From Blastocladiella emersonii ATCC 22665 (lineage: Eukaryota; Fungi; Blastocladiomycota), in the NCBI GenBank assembly GCA_025594325.1, contig JANHCV010000005.1:1178001-1242000 (forward strand): DNA of 64,000 bases. Reading direction: 5' to 3'. The translations under genes and the position numbers were made by a program. Positions 55,982 to 64,000 of this stretch are shown here, piece by piece (positions within the stretch are counted from its first letter, which is position 1; every line of letters starts with the position of its first letter). The notes beneath the pieces were generated by a model that did not search any database, was not told the DNA's origin, and saw only the letters and a list, made by a program, of their open reading frames with translations.

Positions 55982-57055
55982 ATGCAGCAACTATCAATGG
56001 ATGCCTTGCCCACCGACATACTCGAGTCGGTTTTCCGTCTCGCGACCCCGCGGTGCACGCTCCTCGCGTCGTCGCGCAGCTTCTTCGACCTTGCGCGCTC
56101 GGGCAAGGTACGCCCGATCTGGCTCAAGCAATGCATTGTTCGGGCCGTGGGCATCAAGGAGCCGAGCTTCTCGTTCGAAACCGTGACCGTGCCAGACGTT
56201 TACGAGCTCATCTTCAAGCGCGGCTGCGACTATGATCCAGCTCGCTACCCTTCACGGACGCCGAGCCGCTTCACGCCCCTTGTCCGCGGCCTCGGTGACT
56301 GGTTCGTTGAGTGGGCTGTGGCGGCGTTCGAGCGCGCGTGTCGCAGCGAGGACTGGCTCGCCGACCGCATCGCGGCCGAAGTCAAGACGGCGCGCCGGTT
56401 CCGCTTCCGCTCCAAGTTCGTCAAGACCCCGATCTACGCACTGGTGCAGTTGCTGGTCGGCATCGTTACTTTCCGCGACCCCGTCGAGCTTCGGCATCTG
56501 CTCGCTCGCATCCGCCAGCAGCTTCCCGCGCTCCTCCGCGTCAAGGTTGACCAAGATGCCCTCGTCGAGACGATCTGGACCATGGGGCAAGTCCACTACC
56601 TCGAGACGCCGGATATCGGCCCCATGACCGGCGAACTGTACCCCGCCCCGCTCCACGTCTTCCTTGCATACTCTGCCGTCTTCCACTGGAACGACGACGT
56701 GTTTGCCGTTCTCGTTGACCCGCAGTTTGGCCTCGACGTCGAGCTGTTCATGCGCTACGCGGCGACCGAGGGCTTCTGCGCTGCCGTGCTGGGGAACCTC
56801 CTGCAGCAGTGGGGACCCGCCAAGGAGGTCACCGCGATCATGGACTGGCTCTTTGACCAGGGCTGGAAGGTCAACTTGCGAGACCCGGCGGGCGAGGGAC
56901 GCAGCTTCGTCAGCTTCCTTCACGATTTCCAGCAGGACGGGCTGTTGGACTGGTTCACAGTCGCATGTAGTGTCGACTTGTTGCTCATTTTGCTCCGTTG
57001 CTCATTCCTCGAATATAGTGTCGACGCTCGATCACCCATAGTTGACAAGAAATGA
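55982..57055 (+). CDS. F-box-like family copy 5 (intact, 357 aa)
   Basis: MDALPTDILESVFRLATPR..TPLVRGLGDW..PIYALVQLLVG..WGPAKEV..DPAGEG. Confidence 0.8.
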   Translation: MQQLSMDALPTDILESVFRLATPRCTLLASSRSFFDLARSGKVRPIWLKQCIVRAVGIKEPSFSFETVTVPDVYELIFKRGCDYDPARYPSRTPSRFTPLVRGLGDWFVEWAVAAFERACRSEDWLADRIAAEVKTARRFRFRSKFVKTPIYALVQLLVGIVTFRDPVELRHLLARIRQQLPALLRVKVDQDALVETIWTMGQVHYLETPDIGPMTGELYPAPLHVFLAYSAVFHWNDDVFAVLVDPQFGLDVELFMRYAATEGFCAAVLGNLLQQWGPAKEVTAIMDWLFDQGWKVNLRDPAGEGRSFVSFLHDFQQDGLLDWFTVACSVDLLLILLRCSFLEYSVDARSPIVDKK

Positions 57056-57272
57056 GGCTATATTCTCGCGTTCCGCCTCTGGCCGGCTCAGGCACGGGCC
57101 CGCGTGCTCCCGCTCCCGCTCGCCGTACGGCCCGCGACGCGTCCCATCCAGCCTCGGGCTCGCACGCGGCCTCTTAGTGCAGCTGCGGCTGCCAATCCGC
57201 GGCGCGCGATGTCGTAGCGCGGCGCAGGACGAGCTCCTGGATCGGTCGTCGTCACAATCACCCGCCCCCGCC

Positions 57273-60200
57273 CTAACCACGCCGCTTCGAGTTATTCGCA
57301 CGCCACAGCGTCGGCTTGGGCGCGTCATCGCCGCGACTGTTCGCTTCCGCCATCATCCGGCGGAGCTCGAAATCGGCCTCGCGCTCGCGGCGCTCGTACG
57401 ACAGCACGAGGTTTTTGAGGTGCACGCGCTCGGCCTCCTCGCGGGCACGCACCGCGGCCGCGTGTTTCGCGAGCGGCGAGTCGTCGGGCACGTCGATGGC
57501 GCGCGCGACCATCTTGTTGGCCTTTTTCGTGACGAGCGCGAGCGCGGGGCCGCGCGAGGCGTCCTGTCGCGCGCCGGGGATGTACGCGCCCGCGACGGAT
57601 GCGGAGGAGGAGGACGAGGCGCCGGCGCGCAGCGCGACGAGGTCCTCGGCGGTTGGGATCCGGGGCGTCGTGGTGCTGCCGGGGAGAGCGCCGGGCCCGC
57701 TGCTGCCGGCGGTGCGGCGGCGGCGGATCTCGTCGGCCGAGAGCATGGGCGAGGCGGCGGCGGGGAGGTCGCTCATCAGCGACGCGAGCTCGCGGTCGAG
57801 CTCCGCCAGGGCCTCGGCCTCCTCGTCACGCGGCGGGCCGGGCGGGTCGGCGGCAGCAGCCTCGTCGGCGGCGACGTCCATGTCGGCGACCGATGCGGGC
57901 TCCTCCTCCCTCTCGTACTCGTACTCGTCCTCGGGCGCGCCGTTCGAAGCGGCGGCGGGCGGCGGGTTGACGAGGGCGTCGAGCTCGTTGAGAAACTCCT
58001 CCTCCTCCTCGCGCGCGGCAGCCGCGGCGGCGGCGGCCTGCTGCTTCTGCATCTGCATCTCGCGAAGACGCTCCTGCTCGGCGCGGATCGCGGCCATGGC
58101 GACTGATTCCTGCACCACCACCTCCTCGGCGGCCTGCAGCGCCTCCTCGTACGTCAGCCGCTTGAGTTTTGGGCGGAGCGACTACAATCCACTCAAAGAG
58201 TCAGCGCGAGAGTCCAGATCCGCGAATGCGCGGGCGAAGCGTACCTCGAACAGGTCCTGCACAACAAACTCGACGTCCATGGGGAGCGCGGCCTTGCTGG
58301 TCATGTACAGCTGGAACATGACGAGGAAGGTGTCGAGGCGGGCGGCGGGGAGCTTGGTGCCGCACACGTCGAGGAGCTGGGCGACGAGCCGGATGCGGAA
58401 GAACTCGGTGGGCCCGTCGCGGTTCGGGAACGAGATGAGCAGCTGCAGCACGTTGAAGATGGTCGTCGGGTCGACGAGCCGCGCACGGTACAGGTGACCG
58501 AGGTACGCCACGGCGAGCAGCCGGTCACGGTTGCCCTGGTAGTGGTTGGTCTAAAGTTGGTGCAGAGTGAGCGTGCGGGTTGCAAGAAGCAAGCGGAAGA
58601 GTTAGCGTACCTCCATGCCGACCTTGACGTCCTCCATGACGGCGTCGACGACGAGGATCGCGAGCTGCGGGTGGTACTTGTTGACGAGGGCGAGCGTGTT
58701 GGCGAGATGCTCGATCTGCTCAAACTTGACGCGCTTGACCTTGGCGAGCCGTTTCGCGACGAGCGGGAGCACCGTCGGGTCGGTGCGCCACGGGAACTTG
58801 CGGATCTGCTGCGCGATCGTCTGGCAGTTGGCGCGGTCGAGTTTCGCGAGGAGGTGGAGGAGGTACGCGTCGAGGTCGGTGCGCTCCTTGGCGTACAGGC
58901 CGCCGGCGGTCGCCATCTTGGCGTCGTCGCTGAGCGGCTGCGACGCGAGGACCGCCGAGTTGAGCATGAGCACGAGCCGGGTATCCGTGAGCCGCTTCTT
59001 GGTGCGCGCGACGCGCTCGAGGACGTCAGCCATGCGCGGCGCCGACGGCGGGTCGGCCGCGAGGAACCGGCCGCACGACTCGAGCAGGTGGCACACGGCC
59101 TCGACGTTGCCCGGCGACGGGTTCTCGAGCAGGACTTTCGCGCAGAACACGGCCGAGGCGTCGCGTGCGACGCGGAACTTGGTCAGCTCGCCGAGGTACC
59201 GCACCCACAGCACGCGCGCGCCGAACATGCCGCCGCCAAACGTGCGCTTCGAGCGGGCGAACCGGCGCACCGCGCGCTCGACCTCGTGCACGACCACGTC
59301 CCCCACACCCAGCGGCCGCAGCACCGCGAGGATCCGCGCGTACAGGGGCAAAATGTCGGGCCGCCCGCGCACGTCCAGCAGCGCCTGCGCGAGCCGCCGC
59401 TGCGACGTCTTGGTGTTGTAGTGGCAGAACTCGACGGCGAGCGCGTCCGCGTCGTCGCGCGTGTCGATGCGCGGGAGGCGGGCGAGCAGCGCATTCAGCA
59501 AGACCGACGCGTCCGGGTCCGCCGACTCGTCGTCGGCATCGCCCGAACCGGCGGGCGCGAGCTCGATGCGCGCGTCCGGGTCGCGGTCGTCGTCGCCGTC
59601 GTCCTCGTCGGCTTTCGCAGCGGTCGCGTTGGCGAGCGCCTGCTTGAGCGACTTGGCGGCGAGGAGGAGCGGCGGCGGGAGCAGCTGCTCGAGCTCGGGC
59701 ACGTTCTCGTAAAAGTCGCGCTCCGTCTCGTCCTCCCACATGCCCGCGCCGTCGGTGCGGCGGTCCGTCTTGTGCAGGGTGATGCCCGCGCCCGACGCCG
59801 CGGTCGACTCGGCGAAATCCTCGAGCACGGGCATCGGCAGGGTGAGGTGCGTCGCGAGCGCCTGCACGTGCGCGGCGAGGGCCTCGACGGATTTCTGCGC
59901 CTTCTCGAGCCGCGCGCGCAGGTCCTCGGGGGCCTCGGTGCCGCGCTCGTAGTACCACTCGCGCGACTTGTGCGCGAGCTTGCTGGCGTCGAGGTGCTCG
60001 GCGGCGAGCGCGGCGGAGAGGCGCGCAAAGTACTTTTCGATGCCCTCGCGCAGGCGCAGCTGGAAGGCCGGCTGGACCATGGCCGTCGGGTCGACGAGCA
60101 GGCCGGCGGCAGCCGCAGCTTCGGCGGGCGTCGGGCCCGCGGTCAGGTCGCCCGGCGAGGCGGGCGCCGGGAACAGGACGGGCGCGTAGAAGCGGACGAG

Positions 60201-60953
60201 GGTGACGAGCAGCGGCAGGTTGGCGCGGTCCGCGAGCAGCTTCTTGAGGATACCGAGGAACGCGTCGTCGGCGCCGGCCTGCGGGTCGCTGCCCTTCCGG
60301 CCACCCCCGGAACCGCCCGACTTGGCGGGCGAGGTGGTGGTGATGAAGGCGGCCATCTCGGGGTCGATCAGGTCGCTCATGCCCGCGGGCGCGTCCATGG
60401 GGTGCATGAGGCCGACCAGGTAGCAGTCGGTGGCGAAGCGCAGCAGCGGCTTGCACCGGGCGAGCCGGTCGCGCTCCTCGCGCGGGTTCTCGAGCGGGGC
60501 GAGGGCGAGCGCGGCGAGGACCGCCTGGATGAACGCCGGGGTGAACGCGCCCGCGAACCGCTGGTGCAGGGCGCACGCGAGCGCGAGCACGGCGTCGAGG
60601 TCGGCGGGTGCGAGCTTGTGGTGGGTCGGCGAGAAGGACTCGAGCAGCGAAGCCGTCGCCTCGGCCAGGTACTTGTCGACGCGCAGCTTGGCCAGCTCGG
60701 CCAGCAGCACCGGCGCGTTGTCGGCGGTCACGGCGCGCAGCTTCTTGACAAATACCATGTTCTTCTTCATGCTCGCGTCGAGCGCGGGGGTGCCCGCGCC
60801 GGGTTTCGGCTTGGTGCGCGGCCCGTCGCCGTTGGCCGCGGCGAGGTTGGCCTGGCGGTGCGCGAGCAGCAGGTCGGCGCGGTCGGCGAACCCGCGTGTG
60901 GGCGGCGTCGGGGTCGCGGCGCTGGCGCCCGGATCGGCGGCGGCGTCGCTCAT
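57273..60953 (-). CDS. UPF2: Nonsense-mediated decay factor Upf2/Nmd2 (introns 58551-58610, 58182-58243)
   Basis: LDASMKKNMVFVKKLR, WEDETERDFYE, RYLGELTKF, LLESCGRFL, IRKFPW (three MIF4G domains) and C-terminal ERVHLKNLVLSYE. Confidence 0.95.
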
Positions 60954-61239
60954 GGTGGATCGGCGGGGCGTTGCAGCAAGTGCGTGGGCCAGAGTTACAT
61001 GTGCGGCGCGGGGCTGCGCAGAGTGGAGGGGAGGGAGAGCGGAACCGACGCTGGAAGCGACGCGCACGCGAGATCAAGGCGAAACGGGAATCACGTTGCC
61101 GCCTGCAGCACCGCGCGCGGGCCTTCGCACAGCCGGCGCCCGTCGTCGTCCTGTTCCTCCCTCTCTCCCCCCAAACCGCTCGCTCAGCGTGCATGTATCT
61201 TACCCGGAATTAATGACTAGACCTCGCACTCTTGCAAAC

Positions 61240-63326
61240 ATGCATCACACCTACGGCGACGATCACCCATCCGCTGCCGCCGCCTCGCGGCCCGTCTACG
61301 TCGTCTCGAGCGACGACGACATCGCCGAGGACCTGCTCGGCGACGACGAGTACACGGGGCCCATGACCCGCTCGCGCGCCTCGAAGCGCACTGGTACGGC
61401 ACCCGCTCTCTACTGCCTTCGAGCGTCCATTGACGCCTCGCATCGCTGCTGTAGTCGTCGCATCCACGTTCCGCGCGCCGTCGACGCCCATCAACACCGC
61501 TTCCTCTGCGGCCCTCGCATCGCGCGTCCCCGCCACGGCCCCCGTCGCCCGCTACCACGGCGGCAAGGGCAAGGGCAAGGCGCCCGCCGCCGCCAACGCG
61601 TCCATGGGCCCGCCGTCGGCGTCCGCGACCCGCGCGACCAAACCCGTCGTCATTGTCGAGATCGAGTCGCTGCGCCACGACATGCGGTCCATGCAGATGC
61701 GCCAGCCGCCGCGGCCCACCACCGCTGACGCGGGCACCGGGACCGTCGCGCGCACGCCGCAGCAGCAGCAGCCCGGCAGCACGCAGCGCGTCAACAGCGT
61801 GTTCCGCAGCCCGTCGTCGCCGTGGGCCTCGCCCATTGCCCCGCTCACGCCCGCGCAGTCGTCGGCCACCGCGTTCCGCCCGCAGGTCCAGAACGCGCAG
61901 CAGCAGACCACGCCGTCGGCGTTTGGTGGGGTCGGTGTTGGCCACACGCCGCGCGGGATGGCGGGTGCTGCGGCTGATACCGTCGCGACCGAGTGCGACG
62001 TCGAGCTGCTCAAGCTCGTCGCGACTGGCGGCCAGGCGTCGGTCTTCCTCGCGCGGCTGCCGCTCGACCACAACTCGCTCGTCATCGTCAAGGTCTTCTT
62101 CAAGAAGCCGAGCGCGCACGAGCTCGCCGGCATGCGCGCCATGTCCATGACCAACTACGCCATCCGCCTCATCGGCGAGACCCGCGTGTCGCGCAACCAG
62201 CTCCTCCCCTTCGAGCGCGACCTGAAGGGGCACCCGCACAACATCTCGATGGCCGCCTTCGAGTTCGACCCGCGCTCCGGCTACCTCACCGGGTGGTGCT
62301 ACGAGCGGCTCCAGGGCGACCTCGAGCATTGTCTCCTCGAGAAGAAGACGCCCGTGGGCAACGCGATGAAGATGCTCGTCGCCCTTCAGATCGCCTACTT
62401 TCTCCGCGGCGTGCACCACGTCGGGTACATTTTCCGCGTACGTTGTTTCATTCGGACCTTCGCTTGCGTGGTGCGATGCTGACTCGCTCGTGTGCATTCG
62501 TGTAGGATCTCAAACCATCCAACATCCTGCTCAACACGCGCCTCGACAACGTGCCGCCCGAGGACGTCGTCAAGTACTTTGTACGTGCCTCCGCTCACTC
62601 CCATCGGACCGTGATGATGCTCACCCCACCTCGCCTCGTAGTTGCAACACTACCCTGTCATCAAGGTCACCGATTTCGGCCTCGTCACCATGGAGAAGAA
62701 GAGCAACCACTCGCGGTGCGCCGGCACCATGGGCTACATGTCTGCCAGTACGTTGTCCCTCCCTCCCTCACTCGCTCTCCGCTCAAGCGGCACCGGCTAA
62801 CCCGCGACCACGCGCATCCCTAGAACAAATGCTGACCAGCGACTACGACCGGTCCGTGGACGTGACCGCGTACGCCATCACCCTCGCCGAGATCCTGATC
62901 GAGGACCTGATCTTCGACACCAACGACAAGGACGAGGACATCGAGGCCGAGTTCCGCTCGCTGCGCGTCATCGACCGCATCGCCGCCCGCTTCGCCCGGT
63001 GCCGCCAGTACATCCCCTCGGCCCTCGCCGAGCTCATCTACGACACCCTGCGCGGCAACAACCGCAGCGTCGAGACCTTCATTGCCGTCCTCGAGGCCTC
63101 GCTTAAGGGGCTCGCGTTCGCGTTCGACGTCACCAAGTCCGACATGCAGCTCCTCAACCAGGGGATGGCGACGCCTGCCCGCCCGATCCTCGTCGGCGAG
63201 GACGGCGAGCCCGTCGCCGCTGCCGCGACTTCGACGCCTGGTGTTGGGCGGACCAGGTCCCGCCCCGCATCGACCGGCGCGCTGTACGCCACGGTCGCGG
63301 CGTCGACGCCCGCGCGAGGGTGGTGA
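61240..63326 (+). CDS. Divergent Ser/Thr protein kinase (5 exons)
   Basis: VATGGQASV, VIVKVF, YIFR|DLKPSNILL, IKVTDFG, GTMGYM, DVTAYA assembled across GT-AG introns. Confidence 0.8.
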
Positions 63327-64000
63327 GGGAGTTTGGAGTAGTGTAACATATATATGAGAAAATCGTTTTTGGTCACCGGCGCGACGCGACGCGTTTCAAA
63401 AAGGTATGACCCGCACGTCTCAGAAACGCATGACCAGCGTCGGCACGGACGAGCGCTCCCTCCCCTAACGTTGGCGCCCGCCACCCATGCATCTCATGAA
63501 TTCGGAACTTGCCGCAACATGATGCAACGTCCTGCATGACGTCAAGTTCCGTTGATGACGTGCGATTGGGAGACCGCGTGATCCGAGTTGCGACGGAGCA
63601 CTTTGCGTTTAAGATGTCCTCGGGCGACAGATTCAAGCGCTGCGCTGAAGGATCGGGCGCGCGAGACTCCTCGTTTGGGCTACTTGCTCGACTCGCGCTT
63701 CGCGGCCGGACCGACTTGCCGCGTTCGACCTCGCCGTTGCGTTCTGGCGTTTGTGAGCTCGATCCCGAGAGAACTTGCTGGCGGGCGTCGGTCGCGTTTG
63801 GCCTGTGGCCGGCTTGCACCTGCAACGATAAATAGCGCCCGCGCCCGCGCTCGCACTCGGTCGAGCTCTCTCTCTCCAACGAGTCCTTGCTCCTGACCTT
63901 CTGCCGCTGATCACGATGCCGCCAACTCCTCGCACCACCTCCTGTCCGGCCGCCGCGCTGTCCGCGCCGTACCCACGTCCTGCTCCGGCTGCCGCACTCG

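Noticed and set aside
58494-61220. 908-aa plus-strand ORF antisense to UPF2
   Set aside because: Shadow ORF; the same applies to 16172-17740, 18569-19819 and 29223-30866.
1-64000. CRISPR arrays, rRNA or tRNA genes
   Set aside because: No repeat-spacer periodicity or recognisable structural RNA found by eye.
63916-64000. Possible CDS start (MPPTPRTTS..) at the window edge
   Set aside because: Too short to support.

Overview
64 kb of GC-rich eukaryotic genomic DNA with short (about 58-76 nt) spliceosomal introns, mostly with GTAYG(C/T)-type donors. It is most consistent with a flagellated early-diverging fungus (inference from a DZIP1 ciliary gene, ASxxGHxxVLxWW ankyrin repeats and intron style). 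Housekeeping genes: Trf4/Cid1-type nucleotidyltransferase, arginase CAR1, MIA40, NOP7/PES1, mitochondrial thiolase, DZIP1, ALA1, MRPL9, UPF2 and a divergent kinase. These alternate with fast-evolving accessory blocks: (i) a tandem array of PY-motif, LAPTM-like membrane genes (6.2-15 kb) interrupted by a 1.97-kb insertion with Helitron2/Helentron-like ends; (ii) a complete but apparently crippled PIF/Harbinger element (20609-23050; 15-bp TIRs, TAA TSD); (iii) a five-copy cluster of F-box-like orphan genes (44.5-57 kb). The best find is in block (iii). The first F-box-like copy is split by a complete 6646-bp Plavaka-type DNA transposon (44860-51505). Its exact ends can be read from the sequence: 8-bp TIR CATCGTGA...TCACGATG, 2-bp TT target duplication, and removing it restores the host ORF (TPL|VRGLGDW, as in the intact paralog). 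It carries an intact 1081-aa transposase and a divergently transcribed, spliced 410-aa gene of unknown function. Other oddities include a tail-anchored thioredoxin-like protein with a CxxCxxC motif, a headless USP deubiquitinase remnant ending in a CaaX box, an animal-type soluble MIA40, an intron-containing LolD/MacB-type ABC ATPase and a GC-AG intron in ALA1. All calls are by eye; no database searches were run.
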